Positions 12,901-26,040 of a DNA stretch of 64,000 bases are shown here, piece after piece. A program made the position numbers and the translations under genes. Source of the stretch: Auanema rhodensis. Lineage: Eukaryota; Animalia; Nematoda. Position 1 is the first letter of the stretch; every line of letters begins with the position of its first letter. The notes beneath the pieces were generated by a model. It made no database searches. It saw nothing but the letters and a program-made list of their open reading frames with translations, and was not told the DNA's origin. The stretch spans positions 23,374,001 through 23,438,000 of the forward strand of contig OZ059895.1 of assembly GCA_964057225.1 (NCBI GenBank). The letters are read 5' to 3'.

Positions 12901-15900
12901 GAATTAATTTTTTCGTTGAATAACAATGTCCATCGTCTTTGCCTTGAAAAAAGAAATCTAAAAACATCTACTTTTTGCTAAATTATTTTGAAATTTTTCG
13001 AAAAAATTTTTGTCAAAATGTTTTTAGAAGCAATGTTGAGTGTACATGGAAACTCAACATACACTAATGCATCATTTTTCAAACGATCATAACTAATTTT
13101 TGTATTAAGCGTTTCTCAATGTAGTATAGTGCATTCGATGCGGATGTTTAAGCTGCAATGATCTGTGTTATCAGATTTGCGCTAGCTTAAAAATGCACCG
13201 AGATATCAACTGATATAAGTTCACACTTATATCCTCGATTTTCACCCTGAAGAATTAATTTTTTCGTTGAATAACAATGTCCATCGTCTTTGCCTTGAAA
13301 AAAGAAATCTAAAAACATCTACTTTTTGCTAAATTATTTTGAAATTTTTCGAAAAAATTTTTGTCAAAATGTTTTTGGAAGCAATGTTGAGTGTACATGG
13401 AAACTCAACATACACTAATGCATCATTTTTCAAACGATCATAACTAATTTTTGTATTAAGCGTTTCTCAATGTAGTATAGTGCATTCGATGCGGATTTTT
13501 AAGCTGCAATGATCTGTGTTATCAGATTTGCGCTAGCTTAAAAATGCACCGAGATATCAACTGATATATGTTCACACTTATATCCTCGATTTTCACCCTG
13601 AAGAATTAATTTTTTCGTTGAATAACAATGTCCATCGTCTTTGCCTTGAAAAAAGGAATCTAAAAACATCTACTTTTCGCTAAATTATTTTGAAATTTTT
13701 CGAAAAAATTTTTGTCAAAATGTTTTTGGAAGCAATGTTGAGTGTACATGGAAACTCAACATACACTAATGCATCATTTTTCAAACGATCATAACTAATT
13801 TTCGTATTAAGCGTTTCTCAATGTAGTATAGTGCATTCGATGCGGATTTTTAAGCTGCGTCGATCTGTGTTATCAGATTTGCGCTAGCTTAAAAATGCAC
13901 CGAGATATCAACTGATATATGTTCACACTTATATCCTCGATTTTCACCCTGAAGAATTAATTTTTTCGTTGAATAACAATGTCCATCGTCTTTGCCTTGA
14001 AAAAACAAATCTAAAAACATCTACTTTTTGCTAAATTATTTTGAAATTTTTCGAAAAAATTTTTGTCAAAATGTTTTTGGAAGCAATGTTGAGTGTACAT
14101 GGAAACTCAACATACACTAATGCATCATTTTTCAAACGATCATAACTAATTTTTGTATTAAGCGTTTCTCAATGTAGTATAGTGCATTCGATGCGGATTT
14201 TTAAGCTGCGTCGATCTGTTTTATCAGATTTGCGCTAGCTTAAAAATGCACCGAGATATCAACTGATATAAGTTCACACTTATATCCTCGATTTTCACCC
14301 TGAAGAATTAATTTTTTCGTTGAATAACAATGTCCATCGTCTTTGCCTTGAAAAAAGGAATCTAAAAACATCTACTTTTCGCTAAATTATTTTGAAATTT
14401 TTCGAAAAAATTTTTGTCAAAATGTTTTTGGAAGCAATGTTGAGTGTACATGGAAACTCAACATACACTAATGCATCATTTTTCAAACGATCATAACTAA
14501 TTTTCGTATTAAGCGTTTCTCAATGTAGTATAGTGCATTCGATGCGGATTTTTAAGCTGCGTCGATCTGTGTTATCAGATTTGCGCTAGCTTAAAAATGC
14601 ACCGAGATATCAACTGATATATGTTCACACTTATATCCTCGATTTTCACCCTGAAGAATTAATTTTTTCGTTGAATAACAATGTCCATCGTCTTTGCCTT
14701 GAAAAAAGGAATCTAAAAACATCTACTTTTTGCTAAATTATTTTGAAATTTTTCGAAAAAATTTTTGTCAAAATGTTTTTGGAAGCAATGTTGAGTGTAC
14801 ATGGAAACTCAACATACACTAATGCATCATTTTTCAAACGATCATAACTAATTTTTGTATTAAGCGTTTCTCAATGTAGTATAGTGCATTCGATGCGGAT
14901 TTTTAAGCTGCGTCGATCTGTTTTATCAGATTTGCGCTAGCTTAAAAATGCACCGAGATATCAACTGATATAAGTTCACACTTATATCCTCGATTTTCAC
15001 CCTGAAGAATTAATTTTTTCCTTGAATAACAATGTCCATCGTCTTTGCCTTGAAAAAAGGAATCTAAAAACATCTACTTTTCGCTAAATTATTTTGAAAT
15101 TTTTCGAAAAAATTTTTGTCAAAATGTTTTTGGAAGCAATGTTGAGTGTACATGGAAACTCAACATACACTAATGCATCATTTTTCAAACGATCATAACT
15201 AATTTTCGTATTAAGCGTTTCTCAATGTAGTATAGTGCATTCGATGCGGATTTTTAAGCTGCGTCGATCTGTGTTATCAGATTTGCGCTAGCTTAAAAAT
15301 GCACCGAGATATCAACTGATATATGTTCACACTTATATCCTCGATTTTCACCCTGAAGAATTAATTTTTTCGTTGAATAACAATGTCCATCGTCTTTGCC
15401 TTGAAAAAAGGAATCTAAAAACATCTACTTTTTGCTAAATTATTTTGAAATTTTTCGAAAAAATTTTTGTCAAAATGTTTTTGGAAGCAATGTTGAGTGT
15501 ACATGGAAACTCAACATACACTAATGCATCATTTTTCAAACGATCATAACTAATTTTTGTATTAAGCGTTTCTCAATGTAGTATAGTGCATTCGATGCGG
15601 ATTTTTAAGCTGCGTCGTTCTGTGTTATCAGATTTGCGCTAGCTTAAAAATGCACCGAGATATCAACTGATATAAGTTCACACTTATATCCTCGATTTTC
15701 ACCCTGAAGAATTAATTTTTTCGTTGAATAACAATGTCCATCGTCTTTGCCTTGAAAAAAGAAATCTAAAAACATTTACTTTTTGCTAAATTATTTTGAA
15801 ATTTTTCGAAAAAATTTTTGTCAAAATGTTTTTAGAAGCAATGTTGAGTGTACATGGAAACTCAACATACACTAATGCATCATTTTTCAAACGATCATAA

Positions 15901-16666
15901 CTAATTTTTGTATTAAGCGTTTCTCAATGTAGTATAGTGCATTCGATGCGGATTTTTAAGCTGCAATGATCTGTGTTATCAGATTTGCGCTAGCTTAAAA
16001 ATGCACCGAGATATCAACTGATATAAGTTCACACTTATATCCTCGATTTTCACCCTGAAGAATTAATTTTTTCGTTGAATAACAATGTCCATCGTCTTTG
16101 CCTTGAAAAAAGAAATCTAAAAACATCTACTTTTTGCTAAATTATTTTGAAATTTTTCGAAAAAATTTTTGTCAAAATGTTTTTGGAAGCAATGTTGAGT
16201 GTACATGGAAACTCAACATACACTAATGCATCATTTTTCAAACGATCATAACTAATTTTTGTATTAAGCGTTTCTCAATGTAGTATAGTGCATTCGATGC
16301 AGATTTTTAAGCTGCGTCGATCTGTGTTATCAGATTTGCGCTAGCTTAAAAATGCACCGAGATATCAACTGATATATGTTCACACTTATATCCTCGATTT
16401 TCACCCTGAAGAATTAATTTTTTCGTTGAATAACAATGTCCATCGTCTTTGCCTTGAAAAAAGGAATCTAAAAACATCTACTTTTTGCTAAATTATTTTG
16501 AAATTTTTCGAAAAAATTTTTGTCAAAATGTTTTTGGAAGCAATGTTGAGTGTACATGGAAACTCAACATACACTAATGCATCATTTTTCAAACGATCAT
16601 AACTAATTTTTGTATTAAGCGTTTCTCAATGTAGTATAGTGCATTCGATGCGGATTTTTAAGCTGC

Positions 16667-17013
16667 GTCGATCTGTTTTATCAGATTTGCGCTAGCTTAA
16701 AAATGTTTTTTTTTTCACTTTTAAGTTCACACTTATATCCTCGATTTTCACTCTGAAGAATTAATTTTTTCGTTGAATAACAATGTCCATCGTCTTTGCC
16801 TTGAAAAAACAAATCTAAAAACATCTACTTTTTGCTAAATTATTTTGAAATTTTTCGAAAAAATTTTTGTCAAAATGTTTTTGGAAGCAATGTTGAGTGT
16901 ACATGGAAACTCAACATACACTAATGCATCATTTTTCAAACGATCATAACTAATTTTCGTATTAAGCGTTTCTCAATGTAGTATAGTGCATTCGATGCGG
17001 ATTTTTAAGCTGC
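16667..17013 (+). repeat. 347-bp monomer with T10-CAC-TTT replacement patch, copy 1
   Basis: Twenty bp (monomer 40-59) are replaced by the 16 bp TTTTTTTTTTCACTTT at 16706-16721. Linked CACTCTG and AAACAAATC alleles. Confidence 0.96.
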
Positions 17014-18417
17014 GTCGATCTGTTTTATCAGATTTGCGCTAGCTTAAAAATGCACCGAGATATCAACTGATATAAGTTCACACTTATATCCTCGATTTTC
17101 ACCCTGAAGAATTAATTTTTTCGTTGAATAACAATGTCCATCGTCTTTGCCTTGAGAAAAGGAATCTAAAAACATCTACTTTTCGCTAAATTATTTTGAA
17201 ATTTTTCGAAAAAATTTTTGTCAAAATGTTTTTGGAAGCAATGTTGAGTGTACATGGAAACTCAACATACACTAATGCATCATTTTTCAAACGATCATAA
17301 CTAATTTTCGTATTAAGCGTTTCTCAATGTAGTATAGTGCATTCGATGCGGATTTTTAAGCTGCGTCGATCTGTGTTATCAGATTTGCGCTAGCTTAAAA
17401 ATGCACCGAGATATCAACTGATATATGTTCACACTTATATCCTCGATTTTCACCCTGAAGAATTAATTTTTTCGTTGAATAACAATGTCCATCGTCTTTG
17501 CCTTGAAAAAAGGAATCTAAAAACATCTACTTTTTGCTAAATTATTTTGAAATTTTTCGAAAAAATTTTTGTCAAAATGTTTTTGGAAGCAATGTTGAGT
17601 GTACATGGAAACTCAACATACACTAATGCATCATTTTTCAAACGATCATAACTAATTTTTGTATTAAGCGTTTCTTAATGTAGTATAGTGCATTCGATGC
17701 GGATTTTTAAGCTGCGTCGTTCTGTGTTATCAGATTTGCGCTAGCTTAAAAATGCACCGAGATATCAACTGATATAAGTTCACACTTATATCCTCGATTT
17801 TCACCCTGAAGAATTAATTTTTTCGTTGAATAACAATGTCCATCGTCTTTGCCTTGAAAAAAGAAATCTAAAAACATCTACTTTTTGCTAAATTATTTTG
17901 AAATTTTTCGAAAAAATTTTTGTCAAAATGTTTTTAGAAGCAATGTTGAGTGTACATGGAAACTCAACATACACTAATGCATCATTTTTCAAACGATCAT
18001 AACTAATTTTTGTATTAAGCGTTTCTCAATGTAGTATAGTGCATTCGATGCGGATTTTTAAGCTGCAATGATCTGTGTTATCAGATTTGCGCTAGCTTAA
18101 AAATGCACCGAGATATCAACTGATATAAGTTCACACTTATATCCTCGATTTTCACCCTGAAGAATTAATTTTTTCGTTGAATAACAATGTCCATCGTCTT
18201 TGCCTTGAAAAAAGAAATCTAAAAACATCTACTTTTTGCTAAATTATTTTGAAATTTTTCGAAAAAATTTTTGTCAAAATGTTTTTGGAAGCAATGTTGA
18301 GTGTACATGGAAACTCAACATACACTAATGCATCATTTTTCAAACGATCATAACTAATTTTTGTATTAAGCGTTTCTCAATGTAGTATAGTGCATTCGAT
18401 GCGGATTTTTAAGCTGC

Positions 18418-18677
18418 AATGATCTGTGTTATCAGATTTGCGCTAGCTTAAAAATGCACCGAGATATCAACTGATATATGTTCACACTTATATCCTCGAT
18501 TTTCACCCTGAAGAATTAATTTTTTCGTTGAATAACAATGTTCATCGTCTTTGCCTTGAAAAAAGGAATCTAAAAACATCTACTTTTTGCTAAATTATTT
18601 TGAAATTTTTCGAAAAAATTTTTGTCAAAATGTTTTTGGATGTAGTATAGTGCATTCGATGCGGATTTTTAAGCTGC
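18418..18677 (+). repeat. 260-bp truncated monomer, copy 3
   Basis: Identical junction at 18640/18641. Confidence 0.97.
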
Positions 18678-21600
18678 GTCGATCTGTGTTATCAGATTTG
18701 CGCTAGCTTAAAAATGCACCGAGATATCAACTGATATATGTTCACACTTATATCCTCGATTTTCACCCTGAAGAATTAATTTTTTCGTTGAATAACAATG
18801 TCCATCGTCTTTGCCTTGAAAAAAGGAATCTAAAAACATCTACTTTTTGCTAAATTATTTTGAAATTTTTCGAAAAAATTTTTGTCAAAATGTTTTTGGA
18901 AGCAATGTTGAGTGTACATGGAAACTCAACATACACTAATGCATCATTTTTCAAACGATCATAACTAATTTTTGTATTAAGCGTTTCTCAATGTAGTATA
19001 GTGCATTCGATGCGGATTTTTAAGCTGCGTCGTTCTGTGTTATCAGATTTGCGCTAGCTTAAAAATGCACCGAGATATCAACTGATATAAGTTCACACTT
19101 ATATCCTCGATTTTCACCCTGAAGAATTAATTTTTTCGTTGAATAACAATGTCCATCGTCTTTGCCTTGAAAAAAGAAATCTAAAAACATCTACTTTTTG
19201 CTAAATTATTTTGAAATTTTTCGAAAAAATTTTTGTCAAAATGTTTTTAGAAGCAATGTTGAGTGTACATGGAAACTCAACATACACTAATGCATCATTT
19301 TTCAAACGATCATAACTAATTTTTGTATTAAGCGTTTCTCAATGTAGTATAGTGCATTCGATGCGGATTTTTAAGCTGCAATGATCTGTGTTATCAGATT
19401 TGCGCTAGCTTAAAAATGCACCGAGATATCAACTGATATAAGTTCACACTTATATCCTCGATTTTCACCCTGAAGAATTAATTTTTTCGTTGAATAACAA
19501 TGTCCATCGTCTTTGCCTTGAAAAAAGAAATCTAAAAACATCTACTTTTTGCTAAATTATTTTGAAATTTTTCGAAAAAATTTTTGTCAAAATGTTTTTG
19601 GAAGCAATGTTGAGTGTACATGGAAACTCAACATACACTAATGCATCATTTTTCAAACGATCATAACTAATTTTTGTATTAAGCGTTTCTCAATGTAGTA
19701 TAGTGCATTCGATGCGGATTTTTAAGCTGCAATGATCTGTGTTATCAGATTTGCGCTAGCTTAAAAATGCACCGAGATATCAACTGATATATGTTCACAC
19801 TTATATCCTCGATTTTCACCCTGAAGAATTAATTTTTTCGTTGAATAACAATGTCCATCGTCTTTGCCTTGAAAAAAGGAATCTAAAAACATCTACTTTT
19901 CGCTAAATTATTTTGAAATTTTTCGAAAAAATTTTTGTCAAAATGTTTTTGGAAGCAATGTTGAGTGTACATGGAAACTCAACATACACTAATGCATCAT
20001 TTTTCAAACGATCATAACTAATTTTCGTATTAAGCGTTTCTCAATGTAGTATAGTGCATTCGATGCGGATTTTTAAGCTGCGTCGATCTGTGTTATCAGA
20101 TTTGCGCTAGCTTAAAAATGCACCGAGATATCAACTGATATATGTTCACACTTATATCCTCGATTTTCACCCTGAAGAATTAATTTTTTCGTTGAATAAC
20201 AATGTCCATCGTCTTTGCCTTGAAAAAACAAATCTAAAAACATCTACTTTTTGCTAAATTATTTTGAAATTTTTCGAAAAAATTTTTGTCAAAATGTTTT
20301 TGGAAGCAATGTTGAGTGTACATGGAAACTCAACATACACTAATGCATCATTTTTCAAACGATCATAACTAATTTTTGTATTAAGCGTTTCTCAATGTAG
20401 TATAGTGCATTCGATGCGGATTTTTAAGCTGCGTCGATCTGTTTTATCAGATTTGCGCTAGCTTAAAAATGCACCGAGATATCAACTGATATAAGTTCAC
20501 ACTTATATCCTCGATTTTCACCCTGAAGAATTAATTTTTTCGTTGAATAACAATGTCCATCGTCTTTGCCTTGAAAAAAGGAATCTAAAAACATCTACTT
20601 TTCGCTAAATTATTTTGAAATTTTTCGAAAAAATTTTTGTCAAAATGTTTTTGGAAGCAATGTTGAGTGTACATGGAAACTCAACATACACTAATGCATC
20701 ATTTTTCAAACGATCATAACTAATTTTCGTATTAAGCGTTTCTCAATGTAGTATAGTGCATTCGATGCGGATTTTTAAGCTGCGTCGATCTGTGTTATCA
20801 GATTTGCGCTAGCTTAAAAATGCACCGAGATATCAACTGATATATGTTCACACTTATATCCTCGATTTTCACCCTGAAGAATTAATTTTTTCGTTGAATA
20901 ACAATGTCCATCGTCTTTGCCTTGAAAAAAGGAATCTAAAAACATCTACTTTTTGCTAAATTATTTTGAAATTTTTCGAAAAAATTTTTGTCAAAATGTT
21001 TTTGGAAGCAATGTTGAGTGTTCATGGAAACTCAACATACACTAATGCATCATTTTTCAAACGATCATAACTAATTTTTGTATTAAGCGTTTCTCAATGT
21101 AGTATAGTGCATTCGATGCGGATTTTTAAGCTGCGTCGATCTGTTTTATCAGATTTGCGCTAGCTTAAAAATGCACCGAGATATCAACTGATATAAGTTC
21201 ACACTTATATCCTCGATTTTCACCCTGAAGAATTAATTTTTTCGTTGAATAACAATGTCCATCGTCTTTGCCTTGAAAAAAGGAATCTAAAAACATCTAC
21301 TTTTCGCTAAATTATTTTGAAATTTTTCGAAAAAATTTTTGTCAAAATGTTTTTGGAAGCAATGTTGAGTGTACATGGAAACTCAACATACACTAATGCA
21401 TCATTTTTCAAACGATCATAACTAATTTTCGTATTAAGCGTTTCTCAATGTAGTATAGTGCATTCGATGCGGATTTTTAAGCTGCGTCGATCTGTGTTAT
21501 CAGATTTGCGCTAGCTTAAAAATGCACCGAGATATCAACTGATATATGTTCACACTTATATCCTCGATTTTCACCCTGAAGAATTAATTTTTTCGTTGAA

Positions 21601-23591
21601 TAACAATGTCCATCGTCTTTGCCTTGAAAAAAGGAATCTAAAAACATCTACTTTTTGCTAAATTATTTTGAAATTTTTCGAAAAAATTTTTGTCAAAATG
21701 TTTTTGGAAGCAATGTTGAGTGTACATGGAAACTCAACATACACTAATGCATCATTTTTCAAACGATCATAACTAATTTTTGTATTAAGCGTTTCTCAAT
21801 GTAGTATAGTGCATTCGATGCGGATTTTTAAGCTGCGTCGTTCTGTGTTATCAGATTTGCGCTAGCTTAAAAATGCACCGAGATATCAACTGATATAAGT
21901 TCACACTTATATCCTCGATTTTCACCCTGAAGAATTAATTTTTTCGTTGAATAACAATGTCCATCGTCTTTGCCTTGAAAAAAGAAATCTAAAAACATTT
22001 ACTTTTTGCTAAATTATTTTGAAATTTTTCGAAAAAATTTTTGTCAAAATGTTTTTAGAAGCAATGTTGAGTGTACATGGAAACTCAACATACACTAATG
22101 CATCATTTTTCAAACGATCATAACTAATTTTCGTATTAAGCGTTTCTCAATGTAGTATAGTGCATTCGATGCGGATTTTTAAGCTGCGTCGATCTGTGTT
22201 ATCAGATTTGCGCTAGCTTAAAAATGCACCGAGATATCAACTGATATATGTTCACACTTATATCCTCGATTTTCACCCTGAAGAATTAATTTTTTCGTTG
22301 AATAACAATGTCCATCGTCTTTGCCTTGAAAAAAGGAATCTAAAAACATCTACTTTTTGCTAAATTATTTTGAAATTTTTCGAAAAAATTTTTGTCAAAA
22401 TGTTTTTGGAAGCAATGTTGAGTGTACATGGAAACTCAACATACACTAATGCATCATTTTTCAAACGATCATAACTAATTTTTGTATTAAGCGTTTCTCA
22501 ATGTAGTATAGTGCATTCGATGCGGATTTTTAAGCTGCGTCGTTCTGTGTTATCAGATTTGCGCTAGCTTAAAAATGCACCGAGATATCAACTGATATAA
22601 GTTCACACTTATATCCTCGATTTTCACCCTGAAGAATTAATTTTTTCGTTGAATAACAATGTCCATCGTCTTTGCCTTGAAAAAAGAAATCTAAAAACAT
22701 TTACTTTTTGCTAAATTATTTTGAAATTTTTCGAAAAAATTTTTGTCAAAATGTTTTTAGAAGCAATGTTGAGTGTACATGGAAACTCAACATACACTAA
22801 TGCATCATTTTTCAAACGATCATAACTAATTTTTGTATTAAGCGTTTCTCAATGTAGTATAGTGCATTCGATGCGGATTTTTAAGCTGCAATGATCTGTG
22901 TTATCAGATTTGCGCTAGCTTAAAAATGCACCGAGATATCAACTGATATAAGTTCACACTTATATCCTCGATTTTCACCCTGAAGAATTAATTTTTTCGT
23001 TGAATAACAATGTCCATCGTCTTTGCCTTGAAAAAAGAAATCTAAAAACATCTACTTTTTGCTAAATTATTTTGAAATTTTTCGAAAAAATTTTTGTCAA
23101 AATGTTTTTGGAAGCAATGTTGAGTGTACATGGAAACTCAACATACACTAATGCATCATTTTTCAAACGATCATAACTAATTTTTGTATTAAGCGTTTCT
23201 CAATGTAGTATAGTGCATTCGATGCAGATTTTTAAGCTGCGTCGATCTGTGTTATCAGATTTGCGCTAGCTTAAAAATGCACCGAGATATCAACTGATAT
23301 ATGTTCACACTTATATCCTCGATTTTCACCCTGAAGAATTAATTTTTTCGTTGAATAACAATGTCCATCGTCTTTGCCTTGAAAAAAGGAATCTAAAAAC
23401 ATCTACTTTTTGCTAAATTATTTTGAAATTTTTCGAAAAAATTTTTGTCAAAATGTTTTTGGAAGCAATGTTGAGTGTACATGGAAACTCAACATACACT
23501 AATGCATCATTTTTCAAACGATCATAACTAATTTTTGTATTAAGCGTTTCTCAATGTAGTATAGTGCATTCGATGCGGATTTTTAAGCTGC

Positions 23592-23938
23592 GTCGATCTG
23601 TTTTATCAGATTTGCGCTAGCTTAAAAATGTTTTTTTTTTCACTTTTAAGTTCACACTTATATCCTCGATTTTCACTCTGAAGAATTAATTTTTTCGTTG
23701 AATAACAATGTCCATCGTCTTTGCCTTGAAAAAACAAATCTAAAAACATCTACTTTTTGCTAAATTATTTTGAAATTTTTCGAAAAAATTTTTGTCAAAA
23801 TGTTTTTGGAAGCAATGTTGAGTGTACATGGAAACTCAACATACACTAATGCATCATTTTTCAAACGATCATAACTAATTTTTGTATTAAGCGTTTCTCA
23901 ATGTAGTATAGTGCATTCGATGCGGATTTTTAAGCTGC
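23592..23938 (+). repeat. 347-bp patch monomer, copy 2
   Basis: T10 at 23631-23640, same linked alleles. Confidence 0.96.
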
Positions 23939-25693
23939 GTCGATCTGTTTTATCAGATTTGCGCTAGCTTAAAAATGCACCGAGATATCAACTGATATAA
24001 GTTCACACTTATATCCTCGATTTTCACCCTGAAGAATTAATTTTTTCGTTGAATAACAATGTCCATCGTCTTTGCCTTGAAAAAAGGAATCTAAAAACAT
24101 CTACTTTTCGCTAAATTATTTTGAAATTTTTCGAAAAAATTTTTGTCAAAATGTTTTTGGAAGCAATGTTGAGTGTACATGGAAACTCAACATACACTAA
24201 TGCATCATTTTTCAAACGATCATAACTAATTTTCGTATTAAGCGTTTCTCAATGTAGTATAGTGCATTCGATGCGGATTTTTAAGCTGCGTCGATCTGTG
24301 TTATCAGATTTGCGCTAGCTTAAAAATGCACCGAGATATCAACTGATATATGTTCACACTTATATCCTCGATTTTCACCCTGAAGAATTAATTTTTTCGT
24401 TGAATAACAATGTCCATCGTCTTTGCCTTGAAAAAAGGAATCTAAAAACATCTACTTTTTGCTAAATTATTTTGAAATTTTTCGAAAAAATTTTTGTCAA
24501 AATGTTTTTGGAAGCAATGTTGAGTGTACATGGAAACTCAACATACACTAATGCATCATTTTTCAAACGATCATAACTAATTTTTGTATTAAGCGTTTCT
24601 CAATGTAGTATAGTGCATTCGATGCGGATTTTTAAGCTGCGTCGTTCTGTGTTATCAGATTTGCGCTAGCTTAAAAATGCACCGAGATATCAACTGATAT
24701 AAGTTCACACTTATATCCTCGATTTTCACCCTGAAGAATTAATTTTTTCGTTGAATAACAATGTCCATCGTCTTTGCCTTGAAAAAAGAAATCTAAAAAC
24801 ATTTACTTTTTGCTAAATTATTTTGAAATTTTTCGAAAAAATTTTTGTCAAAATGTTTTTAGAAGCAATGTTGAGTGTACATGGAAACTCAACATACACT
24901 AATGCATCATTTTTCAAACGATCATAACTAATTTTTGTATTAAGCGTTTCTCAATGTAGTATAGTGCATTCGATGCGGATTTTTAAGCTGCAATGATCTG
25001 TGTTATCAGATTTGCGCTAGCTTAAAAATGCACCGAGATATCAACTGATATAAGTTCACACTTATATCCTCGATTTTCACCCTGAAGAATTAATTTTTTC
25101 GTTGAATAACAATGTCCATCGTCTTTGCCTTGAAAAAAGAAATCTAAAAACATCTACTTTTTGCTAAATTATTTTGAAATTTTTCGAAAAAATTTTTGTC
25201 AAAATGTTTTTGGAAGCAATGTTGAGTGTACATGGAAACTCAACATACACTAATGCATCATTTTTCAAACGATCATAACTAATTTTTGTATTAAGCGTTT
25301 CTCAATGTAGTATAGTGCATTCGATGCAGATTTTTAAGCTGCGTCGATCTGTGTTATCAGATTTGCGCTAGCTTAAAAATGCACCGAGATATCAACTGAT
25401 ATATGTTCACACTTATATCCTCGATTTTCACCCTGAAGAATTAATTTTTTCGTTGAATAACAATGTCCATCGTCTTTGCCTTGAAAAAAGGAATCTAAAA
25501 ACATCTACTTTTTGCTAAATTATTTTGAAATTTTTCGAAAAAATTTTTGTCAAAATGTTTTTGGAAGCAATGTTGAGTGTACATGGAAACTCAACATACA
25601 CTAATGCATCATTTTTCAAACGATCATAACTAATTTTTGTATTAAGCGTTTCTCAATGTAGTATAGTGCATTCGATGCGGATTTTTAAGCTGC

Positions 25694-26040
25694 GTCGATC
25701 TGTTTTATCAGATTTGCGCTAGCTTAAAAATGTTTTTTTTTTCACTTTTAAGTTCACACTTATATCCTCGATTTTCACTCTGAAGAATTAATTTTTTCGT
25801 TGAATAACAATGTCCATCGTCTTTGCCTTGAAAAAACAAATCTAAAAACATCTACTTTTTGCTAAATTATTTTGAAATTTTTCGAAAAAATTTTTGTCAA
25901 AATGTTTTTGGAAGCAATGTTGAGTGTACATGGAAACTCAACATACACTAATGCATCATTTTTCAGACGATCATAACTAATTTTTGTATTAAGCGTTTCT
26001 CAATGTAGTATAGTGCATTCGATGCGGATTTTTAAGCTGC
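25694..26040 (+). repeat. 347-bp patch monomer, copy 3
   Basis: T10 at 25733-25742, same linked alleles. Confidence 0.96.

Noticed and set aside
16706-16721. Retroelement poly(A) insertion or intrinsic terminator at the T10 tract
   Set aside because: There is no target-site duplication or element body, it replaces rather than adds sequence, and there is no gene context.
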